Source: Zygnema circumcarinatum SAG 698-1b (taxonomy: Eukaryota > Plantae > Zygnematophyceae). Taken from it: 64,000 nucleotides of DNA. Every line of letters starts with the position of its first letter. Positions within the stretch are counted from its first letter, which is position 1. A program made the position numbers and the translations under genes. Under the pieces are notes generated by a model. The model was not told the origin of the DNA. It made no database searches and was given only the letters and a program-made list of their open reading frames with translations. The stretch covers positions 1,697,492 through 1,761,491 of the forward strand of contig CM074822.1 of assembly GCA_037447605.1 (NCBI GenBank), in the 5' to 3' direction. Below are positions 21,060-34,142 of this stretch, piece after piece.

Positions 21060-21290
21060 CATTCTCTTTGGCCTTGGGTCCTTCGTGAGTGGTTAGTCCC
21101 TCGTGATGTTGTTGGCCATGTTGTACCTTTCATGGCATGGGCATGCGTGAGAGCCATGCCACATTCATGTCTCCTTAGCTCTTTCGTGACCATTTGGTTT
21201 CTCGTGGTTCCCCATGTTGGGGTTGTTGGCCACGTTGCACACCATTCATGGCATGGCCATGCGTGAGAGCCATGCCACATGCATTCCTTC
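21060..21290 (+). mobile_element. Two tandem, decayed copies of the CRE-like LINE 3' UTR
   Basis: Shares CCTTAG.TCTT..TGACCA..CTCGTGGTTCCCCATG with the copies at 45780-45860 and 45962-46060. Confidence 0.5.
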
Positions 21291-21510
21291 GTCAGGGACC
21301 CTCCTCCATTGTGAAACTATTCTTGGAAAGCATCTTCCAATGGCGCTTCGTCACGTGAGCACCTTTCACACTTGGCGTACGCGTTGGGGCGACAGTAGTT
21401 GAGGTGTCCCGGAAAATGTCACTGACATGAACGGCCGTCGCCGTCACGGTGCCGTCCGTTGGGGTTCGTTCCAGTCCATTGGGATTCTGGGAACTACAGT
21501 ACAGCAAACG

Positions 21511-21928
21511 CACACTTTCATTGAACTCGCGATGGCGAGGCCATCAAATTTACATGGATAAAGGCAAAATGTGGAACCACGAAGGACTGGTCACAAAGGA
21601 CCGAAACACAATAAAACGAAGCTAGGAGCGGAAAACTACGCCTAGGCACAACAACGCAGCCCTAGAAGCAGCCGCGAAGGTCACCGATGTGAGGCACGTC
21701 GCGAGGAGGGAGCGGCGGAAGTCCACCAACACGGTCACCAACAACTGCAGCACGCCGAAGTAGCGTAGAAGCGAGGCAACGCTGAAGGGCGACGGAAATA
21801 CGTTGTCGATAAAAGGTAGCCAAGATCGCCGGAGGAGGGCTTCCGGGGCCGTGCATCTCGAAAGAGCGATGGGCGCACTGGCGAAGGAAGGTATCCAAAC
21901 GGGTGTCGAGGCAGCCAAAAATCTCAAG
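21511..21928 (-). mobile_element. 5'-truncated CRE-like (RLE) non-LTR retrotransposon
   Basis: Minus strand reads DTFLRQCAHRSF..LATFYRQRISVALQRCLA..GGLPPL, then a 3' UTR ending GAGTTCAATGAAAGTGTG. Flanked by ~16-bp direct repeat TACAGTACAGC(C)AAACG at 21495-21510 and 21929-21945. Homologous to 45420-45860. Confidence 0.8.
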
Positions 21929-22766
21929 TACAGTACAGCCAAACGTCGTCCAATTTCACTAAAAACAAACTGGGAATCTATTTACACACCTTTTATGGAT
22001 ATATGCACAGCTTACTTCGCCGGTCACATTTTAGATTTTATATTTATCCAAAACGCTGTGCATCTAGCCGAAAGAAGGTGTGTGAATTAACTAAAACCTT
22101 TTACTTAAATCTCTAAAAACCCAATTTATATACGTGGCGCGTTCTCATTGGATATATGCTCGATAACAGTTGGCCCTAAAGAGGAGGGCCCTTTGCCTCT
22201 TTGCTTGCGTCGTCGCCAAACGTCATCCAATAACAATGTGCCATGTGTACATATTTGTACACGTGGCACGTTCCTATTGGATGAATGCTTGCAAAACTTT
22301 GGCCCTAAAGGAGGAGAGCCCTGCATCATTTTTTTGGTGACTGGTTGTTGCTTGAAAGCTTGATGCGGTCTGGAGGCGCTTTTTCCTGATCTTGATATCT
22401 CTTTTTCTCAGTCTTTCCGTTAGTATTTCTGCTTGGTAAGAGACTGCAGGAGTCATTTCCTGGTCATATATTTCCTTGCGGAAGTGCTGCTTTGAATGAG
22501 TCGTTGAACTATTCGCTGATCATCTTGCAAAAGCGCTGAACAAAGGCGAGCAAGGTGGGCGATCTGCAAGCAGAGCGGAAGATGGTTTTCGGTGAGTGCA
22601 GGATCATCGCGGTCAGGATCCCGCTGCAATAGTCCTGCTGCGTGTTGATCCAGGTGTATCAGGAAGGAAGGATGTGCTGCCGTTCGTCTGAAAAGGAAGC
22701 GCGCTCTAATGAAGAGTAATTGAAGTAACATTAGAAAGTTGTTCAATCTTCTGTGTTTCGCCTCCT

Positions 22767-22819
<53 letters not shown>

Positions 22820-23042
22820 GAGGGAGAAAACGGAAAACGTACAAACGCAGGAGCTGTCGGGATCGACAAGAAGTTATTGCTCTCCATTGATTTGCTGCTT
22901 ATCTTGTTTTTTGCAAACGGTGGCTGCCAGTTGTCTGAATATAGATGCAAAGTTTCCAAGTTTTAGTGATTTTTTTGTTTTTTCTTCGTACCTTTCTTTG
23001 TTATATATGATTTCTCATTTTTGCAAGTTCATTGATTCCTGC

Positions 23043-26000
23043 ATGCGTGGGAAACTTAATTCAGTGAGTGTAAAATGGCAAAAGGAGACTTTCAAGGAGC
23101 TGGAGATCGACACCTGTCAGCCTCCGCTGGTGTTTAAGGGCCAGCTCTATGCTCTCACTGGCGTTCCGCCGGAGCGCCAAAAGATTATGGTCAAAGGAGG
23201 TCTCCTTCAGGTTTGACCTGCTTTATTTCTTCAAGAATCATAGTGGGGGGAGTGATGGAGAGTGCGAGGGAGCGAGTGAGAGGGAGAGAGCGAGGAAGAG
23301 AGGGAGAGCGAGAGTGAGTTTCTATCCATAACATTTTAAATTACATTATTATCCTGCGTTCTGATGAGGAATTAGTCGAGCTTTTAAAGAATGGCGCACT
23401 GCTATGTGTGAGGGAGGAGGTGTAGTGTAAAGTCTTTCCACAGCTTTTTTTTTTTGCAAATCTTTGTTTAATTTCTTAAAATTCGTCTATTAAAAAGAAC
23501 AACAATAAGCGCTCCTAAAGTGATGCTGTAAGAGTTAATTACTAGCCTGTCTAACGGCTTTTTGTAACGTATCTGCCTTCTTACGTTGTGCAGGATTACG
23601 GTGATTGGAGTCAATATGCAGTCAAAGAAGTGAGCCCTTGTTTGTTTTGTCTTCCCAAACCTTTAGTTTGATTGCTTATTGGAATCTGCTTAGCGTGGCT
23701 CTTGTGGAGTACTTATTTCTCGGATTTTGCTGTGGTTTTACCACCAGCCTTAGTCTCAGCCAATCCATGTTTTTCTAGATACACATAACAAAACAGGAAC
23801 TTCTCAACTAATGCTATCATTAGCTAAGAGAGAGCCTTGCGGGTGTGCTGGCAGGGTCAACGTCTCATGATGATGGGAACTGCAGATGCTATTCCCACGG
23901 CTCCACAGACTGCTCCTGTTTTTGTCGAGGACCTGCCAGAGGAGGACCAAGATGGCGCAGCTATAGTAAGTGAAGTATTTCGAAGTATGGTCTTGTTTGA
24001 AAGGTTTCTTGTGGTGCTTATTAACAGCAGCATCTAGTCAGATAAGAAATCTTCATATCCTGATGTAGTCATTCAGTAGATATCTTGCATACTGTCTGTC
24101 TAGAAGGTTGGTGATAATCGCCTCTTAGTCTTCTTGAGGAGAACTTGAAGATGTCTCACTTGCGGGGTGCAGAAAGGTTACACCGCCGGTCTTGTGAACT
24201 TGGGTAATACGTGCTACATGAATTCGACAGTGCAATGCCTCCATTCTGTGCCCGAACTCAAGAATGCATTGACTTCGTAAGTGTACAGAATCCTCTTTCA
24301 CTTGACGTACATAAGGTTGCTGTTGCTCCTACCACAGCCTATGCTGCTCTCGGTAAAGGGTGCATGTCCCATCGCGTTTGGTCAAACTTGAAGTTTTAAA
24401 CGGCTCCCTTTATCTAGTTAGGGTGCACTATGCATTGAAAATTGCTGAAGCAAAGAAGACATGGATGGACACAGTGTGGCTGTTAAGATTAGGGCAATAG
24501 GGGAAGTAGTCGATTGCAACCATTCAGAGCTGGAAATTTACGTTTTAATTTAAAAGAAAGGCGGATGCAGTTTAATGAACCTGCGTTTGACGGCATACGA
24601 GGGGGGGCCGTTTTTTGTTAAATTAGAGGCAGTTGCGGGATAAGCACGATGTAGTAGATTTCATAAACATAGTGATTGTACTTGGATAGGTTTCAAGTTT
24701 CTACGTGACTGGTTTCACTTTGACAGGGGCCGGTTCCTCTTCCTGTATGCGTGGATTGAGCTAAGGGGGATAGGCTTTCTGACATGAGGAGGTGCTTTTT
24801 TCGCAGGTATCTTCCTGGCGCTGGAATTGAGCAGGATGCCTCGCACAAGTTGACCTTAGCCACGAAAGAATTGTTTGCAGAGCTGGGTCGAAGTTTACGA
24901 CCTGTTGCCCCTTTTCGTTTTCTGATGGTAGGATTCTCCGCTGTGAATGTTGCGCCAGCTATTGGGAGTACTTAAAACATGCAGGAAGATGCATCCGTTT
25001 TGCTAAATTTCTGTAACCATTGCCAATGAAAGAAGTATGTTCGACACTGAAAAAAATTCTGCAATGGTGGTTGGGGCGTTTAGCTATTGCGAGAGAAGTT
25101 CCCCCAGTTTGCGCAAACAGGCGAACATGGAACTTACATGCAACAGGTAATCTTATCAACTATTACCAACATTCGCCTCCGATAGTTCGGACAAAATTGC
25201 AACAAGGCAGAAGAATCGCATCAATGATCTTGTCTGATAAATGGGAGATATTGTTGAGGGTTGAGGGTTTTCAAACAAGCCTGTGTAAAAGGCTGGAGGC
25301 ACAGAGTCTTGTTTTCGCCGTATACACTGTCACTGGATTTGAATTCATATACGAGTTCAGGAGCCACAGAGATCAGAATTTAATATTGAAATGATGAAAT
25401 GTCTGTTTGGGAAGGTAATTGACAGACGTGGTAATGCGGTTGTGAACAGGATGCAGAAGAGTGTTGGACCCAACTGGTATACACCCTTTCGCAGCGTCTG
25501 AGGGACACAAGCACGCCGTAAGTGAAGTGCTCCTTTATTATTTTTTGTATTGGTGGCATCCTCGCTCCTGAAGGAAAATGATGCTTTCAAGTTTTGACAT
25601 TGCTGTACTTCTGGAAAGGAAGTTCATCGGTCGGTAGGTGGATTGTTGAGGTTAGTGATTCACCTGCTTTCAACACTCGGCTAGAACTATTGACATGGTC
25701 TTAACCAAGTCAGTGAATTGAGCTCATAAGGTCATGGATGGGTGGTCCTTTTTCAGGTCAGCATCCGTCATTAAGGACCTTTTCGGCATTGAAATGCGAA
25801 ATGCGTGAGCAACTCGATTCTTTCCCTGCCACTCTTCTTGTAGAAGCATATAGCAGCTGAAAGCACCTTGATAATATAGGAGTTTACTATGCAAGAAGAG
25901 CCAACAAGAAAAAATTCTCAGCTATTGCGTGCTTCCTGGTGTGTTGTCAAATGTGGTGGACAGAATGAAGTGCATAGAAAGTGGGGACGAGAGCTCTGAG

Positions 26001-28914
26001 ACAGAGACAGTTTATACTCTGAAGTGTCACATCACTGCAGAAGTCAACCAGCTGCATGACGGCCTTAAGGGGGTAATGTATCTGAACCCAATATTCAGTT
26101 CTGTGGTCGCGTCGTTTTTTCTTTGCATGTGAATGAGATGACGTTTGTCAGGAAACCACAGAGTTCATAGAATCCTTCTACTAACCTCCAGATTCCGCTA
26201 AATTTTTAGAAATCCTTGTTTGTCTCTCTGATTATCTGTGGGTGGTAGCTTCTTAAGTTCGTAGCACAAGACGTTTGACAGACAGCACGCCTTTTTTGCA
26301 GGGTTTGAAGGGGGAATTGGAAAAGGTATCACCTTCGCTAGGACGATCTGCTTTATTCATTAAAGAATCTTTGATTCACGGCCTGCCCAAGTACGCATAT
26401 CAGCTACTTTTTCACAGTGCCAACTTCATCTGTCCTTCACTGTCCCTCAGCTCTTTAACATAGTCATCTGCACATAATTGTAATAACCGCACCTTCCTGA
26501 GAGAATCGCATAAGAGACTGGCGCTTGAGGATCAGATATTGGTATAGTTTTGAGTCGCTGAAAATAGCTCGAGAGCACAGGAGACATCTTTTGTTGCCAA
26601 GGGGTCATCTCAGTTTGAAAGTAGTCAGGTTACAGGTCAGATTAAAGATTTTTGTCCTTTTCCTTGCATGTGTCTCGAGAAATCCTCAGAGCAGATGATA
26701 AGATTCTCATCTTGCACTCTTTGGTGAAAGTGAAAATGCCTCTTGATCCAGGCCTTAGCATCTTAATGCATGCTTCTGATACTTATTGTCGTTAGGCTAA
26801 GGTGAATTCAAGGAGATATGCACCTTACACATCCATTGACAAAGCTGCAGTGTTCTGATGTATTTTCAGTTTTCTTGCTTACTGCTTTTGCAATATTGTC
26901 AGGTACCTGACAGTGCAGTTTGTGCGATTCTTTTGGAAGCGAGAAAGCCAGCAGAAAGCAAAAATTCTAAGGGTGAGTGTGTAAACGCATTCTTGTCAAA
27001 GTTAGTAGCTGTAAAGGGGCCTGTACATTGTCGGATGCCCCGTTTCGGAACGATTCGCCAAGGCCTGAATGAGTATTAAGGCGTTGTTTGTGTCGCATTC
27101 TCCGATGTTTATCCCCTCCTTTCCAAATAGACGCAGATCAACTCTTCATCCTTGTCTGTTAGCCGACCCTTTATTTGTATGTTTTATACTTTTGACGTCA
27201 ATACTCTTCAAGGACTTTTAATCCGTGAAATGAATTTTTCGTGAGATCAATGCCACATCTTCTTCTTTTTTCATCCTCCACATCCAAGTGTAGTATTCCA
27301 GCACATTAGGGTAGAAGATGGTCAGCTGTCCCACTCTCTTCCATCCCTGTCTTTGGAAAATGAAAGAAATATGAAATCTGCCTCACTTGGGAGTGGGTAA
27401 GAGGGTGGGTGTGTCCATGGAGACAGAAAGTTGCATATCCTCTAGTGCTGGATGTGTATGACTTCTGCACCTCGGAGCTTAAGGAGAAGCTTGATGGCCC
27501 TCGCAAGGTACTGGCAGTCATTCCTACCTTACTCCATATAGAATCCCTTAATACTGCCACTGTTGCTTGCATGACCGAAAGCAACATGACTTCGATGCCT
27601 TAACCTCACTCTGTTGCTCATTTGAAGTTCTTGACTTTGAATTACTCGCTTAATATTCACAATAACGTTTGGACATGAGACTTAAGGAGCTCCGGAATGC
27701 ATCTGCAGGCTCTTCGGCTGCAAGATGATGTGAAGGCCGGGCTGGTGAGTGATAAGGGGAAGGAGAAGGGACAAGCTTCAACTGTAGCAGAGGGTGCTTC
27801 AGCGACAAAGGGAGAAGATACAGAGATGAGAGGCGATGAGGTGAGAGATATCCCAAGTGCCTGATATAAGCGTGCAAGAGTTTGTGTTGTTTCCTGAACT
27901 CATTCCTTATCTTCCTAATGCAGCACGTGGGTTTGATGATGCATGTACAGACCAGAGGAGCTGAAGGCAATGGCGCAGCACCAGCAGTGCAAGCGGGTCA
28001 GTAGAAATTACTTGTGAAGAAAGTCACCTTGATCTGATGGTTAATAGAGAAGGGCTATATCCTTTCAAAGTTGCTTCATGTATAGCAGCTTAGTGCATGG
28101 CCTTTCACGCATTCACGCTAGGGCTGTGCTTTAGTTGGTTCCTACCTTTCAACGATACCTTTGGATGCAAGTGCGTCTGAAAATAACTATGAAGCGGTAG
28201 TAGAAGTGGAGTGGAACAGAATGACAGATGTGGAAGCATGGCGGAAATCTGAAAATGAGGCGGGGAGAGGGAGGTGCAGCAGAGGAGCGGGAGAGTGCGG
28301 GACCTCCGGGAGAGCAGACAGGCTTGTATGAGCTCATGGCGGTTCTCACGCATAAGGGGCGAAGCGCTGACTCAGGCCATTACGTGGCATGGGTGAAGCA
28401 AGAAAATGGTAAATTTGTTAATGACCTAAAGTGATTGACTAGTAGCCAAAATGTGAAAATTCCATGGCTTTTGCTTGGGGTTTATGTGGCTTTCTCCCAC
28501 CTTTTATTTTCTATCTTTTTCTTTTGTCGTGCAGGACGATGGGTAGAGTTTGATGATGAGAAACCCATTTCACGGAGGGAAGAGGACATCACCAATCTCT
28601 CAGGAGGAGGTAAGGCCCTCCCTCTGTCTACACAGACAGTCGCTGTCCCCATGGGGACAAAGGGCAAGACTGAATCCCTCTATTAGGGGATTCAGACTTG
28701 AACGAACCAATATGGAATTTGTACTTCGGATTTCGCTGTGACTGCCTATTTCGGTGCCAATCTTTTGGTGCTAGTACTTAGGCAATTTCCATGCCATGTT
28801 CTTTTTTTGACACCTTTTGTTTCTTTTTACTGTGCTTTTTTTTCCCTGCCCGCAGGGGATTGGCACATGGCATACATCCTTATATATAAGGCACGGCTGG
28901 CGACGCCAAGTTAG
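23043..28914 (+). CDS. UBP6: Ubiquitin carboxyl-terminal hydrolase UBP6/USP14 (Ubl + USP domain), ~17 exons; start codon uncertain
   Basis: Ubl: [36 protein letters not shown]. Cys box [18 protein letters not shown] (~24190-24240). Also [50 protein letters not shown]. His box [25 protein letters not shown]. Ends [19 protein letters not shown]. Confidence 0.96.
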
Positions 28915-29273
28915 TCACTTGTCATAAAGGAGTTTCTTACGGCCAATGTGGAGAAGTCAAAAGTCACTTTTGGGCAATTGGGTTTCTTGCCTTTGCAGGG
29001 AGGATGGTTTGGTTGGTTTTGTGGGAACGATAATCGGCAGTGGAGGGCTCAAATTCAGTGTGCTTTTAGGACTCATGAAATCCTAATCAATTAAAGCATA
29101 GAATGATTGTTTCGGTCGAATCGCAAGTTGTGTATTCCTTTCTGTGGAAATGGCATTATCGATTTGCGTGGGTGGCATCACAAACAAGTCAAATTTTGAA
29201 GATTATGGTTGGTTAAGCAGATCTGTTCTTTTTTTTGAAAGAAAAATACTTTTAAAACATTGGTTAAAATATG

Positions 29274-29345
29274 GAATCTGTGGCACAATGGTAGCGCGTC
29301 TGACTCCAGATCAGAACCTTGTGTGTTTGATTCATGGCTGATTCA
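29274..29345 (+). pseudogene. tRNA-Trp(CCA) pseudogene
   Basis: GAATCTGTGGCACAATGGTAGCGCGTCTGACTCCAGATCAGAACCTTGTGTGTTTGATTCATGGCTGATTCA is collinear with plant tRNA-Trp. Anticodon arm is intact (TCTGA-CTCCAGA-TCAGA). T-loop TTC is changed to TTT, the T-stem is broken and the D-stem is mismatched. Confidence 0.85.
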
Positions 29346-31313
29346 ATGTCAATGTTGCTCCAGCCAGTTAGGAGCTACCGACCAGCCATCCGTTGGTAGA
29401 CCAACCATTGGCGTTGCCCCCCCCCCCCCCGGGCCGAGTGCCTGGCGATGGACCCGTTCGGCCGGGCCCTGAACGACGGACGGGGGCGAACGATATTTTT
29501 TGCATATCGTAATATTGACGGCATATCGGCTTTGAGGACAAAATCCTGCCGGCCTCGATTGTGTACGGAAGTTCCTCGCTGGTCGGTAGAGTGTCCACAT
29601 CCGGAACGCCGTCGATATGCCGAATATGCTGCCTGCGACTGTCCCGATATCGGAACGGCAAGCTGCCCGCCGGTCGTACAATTTCGTATAGATCGCTGAT
29701 CGGTGGCTCCTGATTGGCTGCATTGACGTCATCGTTGCCGGGGTTTTAGGGTCTCTGCGGTCCTTGCAAGGTCTTGAAGCTTAAAGGGTTCAGGTCTCTG
29801 AATTTCGACTCATTTTGTCGTTTTCTAACCGTACAGTCTACTACAGTACAGTACAGAACCAAATGTACTGCAGTAACTACTTTTCTGAGTTTCAACGAGC
29901 AATGATGATACCGTACGAATCCGGAGACTGCTCCGAATGTTCCATCATGACAGCCGGGAAGGTCCCGCCGACTTTATGTACGGGGTGAAGGAAAAGTCAA
30001 AGCTCTGTGCGGACTGGTAGGGAGGGCCGGCTGTACGGAATTTTAATTCGTTTCTTATTTAAAATTCGATTAGTTCTCGGTCATTTAAAAATAAAAGTCG
30101 AGCCAAAAACTTGGATAGCATCCTTTTTTTTCTTCTTAGAGAAAAAATTATACGGACGTGGCCGCCAGGCATTGGTCTCCAACCATTGGTACCAACCATT
30201 GTCGCCGGCCATTGGCCAGGATTCGAGCCACTGCACTGTGATTGGCAGACGAGACGTGAGGTGACACCACCCTAGTTTTTTTTTTCAGTTTTTTTAAAAC
30301 GGCTTACTTGAAATTTCCAAAATATTCTTTTTTATGTCTTCCCCAATGCTACCCCGTGCAAGACTCGCTCCGTAAGGACCGACATTCGCTCCGGCAATCA
30401 TCTGCCGCGCCGACAGGAAGTTCAAAAAACGACAAATTTGATGGGTAAAACGACAAATCTGGCTGTCGGTGAAACTGTGCAGGGCCGACGGTTGGTGACG
30501 GAAACGACAGATCCTTGTCGTGTATAAGTGTACGGCAGTCTAGCTTATCCGAGGGAGCAATTCTAAGTCGGCCCCTACACGACAAGTAAGTACGGTGGTA
30601 ATGTACTTCTGTACAGAAATCCGGGTACAAACTGTACGGCGCAGAAAACACAGCAACTTTTTTTTCAATAGTGTAATATTATTTTGTTCGCAGTATTACA
30701 CTGACCGTTTTTTATAATGTTTACACGGGCTGCTCACAAAATATTGTTAGCTTGACAGATCCCTCTCATTGGTTGCTTTCCAAATACGCCTCAACGAAAA
30801 AACTGAAACTAAGTTTGGTTTCAATTTTTTTCTCTGCCCAAAAAGTTGTCCTTCCAAAATTACGATCGTCAAATTCCGTCTGACGCTCCGGCCAAGCCCG
30901 ATGTACAAACGTACGGACGTGTCACCTGGGGAGTCGCCTGTCGTACGGACTTTGCCGTACAACCGTACTCATTAGCGGGTCCTGCCGACATATTTGTACA
31001 GTCCGCCTGAGCAGGCACCGGATCCGGTTCAATTGTGAACGGAATTTTTTCAAACAACGACAAATTCGATTTTCCCATTCACACTGGATCCGGATCCGAT
31101 AAGGGCCCTTTGTCCATTTCTTTAGTTCTATTGTCCAATGGAAAGATGCCACGTGGAAATTAATGTCCACGTGGCGCGTTCTAATTGGAAGTTTTCGAAA
31201 AGGTTGAGCCTTTAGAAAGGGACCCTTCCTTCCAACAAACCCTAATTTCGATCATGCTCTGTACTGCTTTTTGCTCTGAGGAAAAATTAGGGTTAGGAGG
31301 AGGAGGGCTCGCC

Positions 31314-34142
31314 ATGGCGGAGCCTTCGCTGCTGGAAGAAAGGAGGAGGCTGCATGAAGGATTAGGGTTCAGGGACAGGTCCTTCGGTAAGGAAATTAGG
31401 GTTAGTAGCATCCATGGCGGCCAGGGAGAGAAAGAAACAGAGGAGGAGCTAGGATTAGATTTTGCAGCAAAGGAAGGAGCGGCGGCACCTGCGAGGAGCT
31501 TCAGAGCGAGGGCGAACTGTAGGGGCATTCGAAACCCTAAAATTTCGGGGCCTTTGGTGGTCAGTTTGCACCGCAGGACGGCGAGCGAGGGGCTGCCCAT
31601 GCCTCCATTGAGCGAGGAGCCGTTAGGGTTAAGGGCCGGGAAGAGGAGGGAGGAAGGAGGAGGAGGAGTTTTTGGGTCGTCTTTTTTCTGCAGAGCCGCT
31701 CGAGTTTTTGGGTTGTTAGGGCCGGCAAGCGCAGATGTAGAGAGGTGCCACGTGGCAGAAGCTGGGTGGTTTGTCGCAGGACACGTGGCAAGAAAGCGGA
31801 GCGCGAGAAACGCCTATTGGTCGGAGGAGGAGGAGAGAGAGGGAGAGGGAGGAAGGAAGCGTCTGCGGAGGACTGTGAGCGAGAGCATAGCAGAGTGGGT
31901 TAGGGTTGAGAGAGAGGACGAGGAGGGAGAGGAGGGAGAGGAGGGAGAAGAGGGAGAGGAGGGAGAGGAGGTAGGGGAGGAATGCTTCATGGAGGAACGA
32001 AGTCCAAGAATTCGATGTGGGAGAGGAGGTAGGAGGAAAGGTAGAACGGTAGAGGTGGTAGCAGGGATGGTGGGGCTGGATGCAGCATTGGATGAGGAGG
32101 AGGAAGAAGATGAATTCGATCGATTTGCAGAGGGAATTTCAAGGATCAGGAATGATGATAATGAGGGGTTCATCCTCATGAATAGCGGGAATTGGATACC
32201 ATCGCCAAAAAAACCAGGAGTTGGCCTCCAAAATTTTGCATGTGTAAAGCATGCATGTGAAGCAGAAGCAGAAGGAGAGGAGGAAGCGGAAGAGGGTGTC
32301 CTTTCTGGAAGCTTTTCTGAATTCAAAGAGAAGCGACATGATGCTCGCGCTAATCATATTGAAGCGGCAAGAAGGATTCAGGAAGATGCGGAAGAAGCAG
32401 CCGCAGCAGCGATAGGTAGAGCAGAGACGGTGGAATTAGGTTTTCACAATGAGATAGATGTGGGTTTAATCTCTGCTGAAAGAGGAGGAGGCGACGGAGG
32501 AGGAGGAGGGGGAGGGGGAGCGGGAGGAGGGCGGTTGGAGAGTGGGAGAGGGGGCTTTAAGAGTGCAAGGGAGTGTGTTGAGGAAGAGGACTTGGTGAAG
32601 GAGGGGAAGCAGGAATGGAAGGAGAAGGATGAAAGCAGTCCCTGGGGAGGTCTGGCAGGGGATATTCTTGAACTTGAAGAGGAGGTGAGAGAGGACCAGC
32701 AACGCGGAGGGGGAAAGGTAGGAGAAGGAAGTGAGGGAGGAGAAGGAGGAGAGCTGCAAGTGACAAATGGCGGAGGTCTAGATCATTTGGGGAATGCAGT
32801 TGGCAGTCTCCGATTGGAGGGAAGTACAGGATATGTGGAGGAAGAGAATGGCATTGTGAAATTGAATGGTGAAGGCCCGGAACTAGTTAATTATGAACTA
32901 GTTAACCATGCGCTAGCTAACCATGAAGGCGGTGAACATGAGGAGAGTATCATGAAGAGTAATGGAGATACTACTGCCTGTGAGAGAAGGAGGAGTGTTC
33001 GATTTACTGTGCCAGATGGGAAGGGCCCGGGGGAGGGCTTTTTGCAGAATATACAGGACAGAGTTTCAACAGACAGAAAAGCCCTTTCATCAAAGAGGGA
33101 AGGAGCAGAAACAATGGCTGTTGGGAGTGAGAAAAGAGGAGGAATTACAAGCTTGGACCTCAGCAACATGAAATTTATCGATCTCCGACGGATGGCAGGG
33201 ACTGATACAAAGGAAGGAACTCGAAATGTTTTAGAAAGTGTTTTAGAAACTCCGGAGTTGAGTGAGCGAACAAAGAATGTGCCGGATCACGTCCGAAATC
33301 CGCATAAGTATACGTATTACTCGCTAGAATGGAATGAAGAGGATGAGGAGAATGTCAATGAAGCTGCTTTTCGAGCGGCACAGAAAGCGGAGGAGCAGAG
33401 AGCAAGCAGCTTAGCATCTGATCTGGAAAGAGATAGCAGGCTGGAAATAAGCAGTGCAGAAAATCGATCGGACGGTGTAGAATTGAAGGTGGAGGGAGGG
33501 AAGGACGCAGCGCTGCCGTACAGACCTGAAGAAGGAGATGGAGACAGAAACCAAGACTCGATGAAGTCTTCATCGGGACATAATATGGAGGGAGAGGGAA
33601 AGCCTGAAGCTCCAATCAGCTTCGTGCCTCGCACAGGAAGCAGCAGAAGTGAGAGCAATGGATCTAATCTGAGAGGGAGGAGATGTATGAGAGGGAGAGG
33701 GGCTCGCTTGACTCTTGGGGGATCGGCTGATCTGAGAGCTCTTTTTGCTGCAACCCACTTAACTTCTCCCACAGCGATATTCACTGCCATGTTGGAAGAC
33801 TCATCCGACTCCTCCAAAGCAACTCCTCCTGCTATTAGTGGAAGTACTAATATTGAATTGGGAGCTGGAAGAGACTCATCCTCTGGGGGGGTAGTAGTAG
33901 GGGAGGGGCTTGGGGGGGGCCTCCCTAGCAGCCTCTCTGAAGAGCCGAAGGGGAGTGCAACAGGAATTGCAGCGAGTACGTTAGAGGAGGAGGAGTATTG
34001 TAAGGATGGGAGTTCAGCAGACACTGAAGGGAGGGGGTCCCGCAAGTTGGCAGGAAAGGCAGGGAGAAGGTATAGAGCCAGAAAGTGCTTTGAAGATGAG
34101 GGACTCGTGGAGGACTATGGCGCAAGGCTTACAGTTAGGTAG
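31314..34142 (+). CDS. Intronless acidic low-complexity protein with TSSC4-family motifs (putative U5 snRNP chaperone-like), ~942 aa
   Basis: 2.9-kb uninterrupted ORF, likely start GCCATGG at 31314. VPDHVRNPHKYTYYSLEWNEEDEENVNEAAFRAA resembles the TSSC4 motif PDYV.HPERWTKYSL..SN..A..AFL. SFFCRAARVFGLL resembles the N-terminal TSSC4 motif. Confidence 0.6.
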   Translation: MAEPSLLEERRRLHEGLGFRDRSFGKEIRVSSIHGGQGEKETEEELGLDFAAKEGAAAPARSFRARANCRGIRNPKISGPLVVSLHRRTASEGLPMPPLSEEPLGLRAGKRREEGGGGVFGSSFFCRAARVFGLLGPASADVERCHVAEAGWFVAGHVARKRSARNAYWSEEEEREGEGGRKRLRRTVSESIAEWVRVEREDEEGEEGEEGEEGEEGEEVGEECFMEERSPRIRCGRGGRRKGRTVEVVAGMVGLDAALDEEEEEDEFDRFAEGISRIRNDDNEGFILMNSGNWIPSPKKPGVGLQNFACVKHACEAEAEGEEEAEEGVLSGSFSEFKEKRHDARANHIEAARRIQEDAEEAAAAAIGRAETVELGFHNEIDVGLISAERGGGDGGGGGGGGAGGGRLESGRGGFKSARECVEEEDLVKEGKQEWKEKDESSPWGGLAGDILELEEEVREDQQRGGGKVGEGSEGGEGGELQVTNGGGLDHLGNAVGSLRLEGSTGYVEEENGIVKLNGEGPELVNYELVNHALANHEGGEHEESIMKSNGDTTACERRRSVRFTVPDGKGPGEGFLQNIQDRVSTDRKALSSKREGAETMAVGSEKRGGITSLDLSNMKFIDLRRMAGTDTKEGTRNVLESVLETPELSERTKNVPDHVRNPHKYTYYSLEWNEEDEENVNEAAFRAAQKAEEQRASSLASDLERDSRLEISSAENRSDGVELKVEGGKDAALPYRPEEGDGDRNQDSMKSSSGHNMEGEGKPEAPISFVPRTGSSRSESNGSNLRGRRCMRGRGARLTLGGSADLRALFAATHLTSPTAIFTAMLEDSSDSSKATPPAISGSTNIELGAGRDSSSGGVVVGEGLGGGLPSSLSEEPKGSATGIAASTLEEEEYCKDGSSADTEGRGSRKLAGKAGRRYRARKCFEDEGLVEDYGARLTVR

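Noticed and set aside
29420-31130. Short ORFs and CGTAC-rich patches between UBP6 and the TSSC4-like gene (similarly 43080-44500)
   Set aside because: No protein motif, TIR pair or TSD could be established. Treated as intergenic/TE relic.
31185-31313. N-terminal 43 codons of the 985-aa ORF
   Set aside because: Begins within the ERSE-like promoter dyad at a non-optimal start. GCCATGG at 31314 is the likelier initiator.
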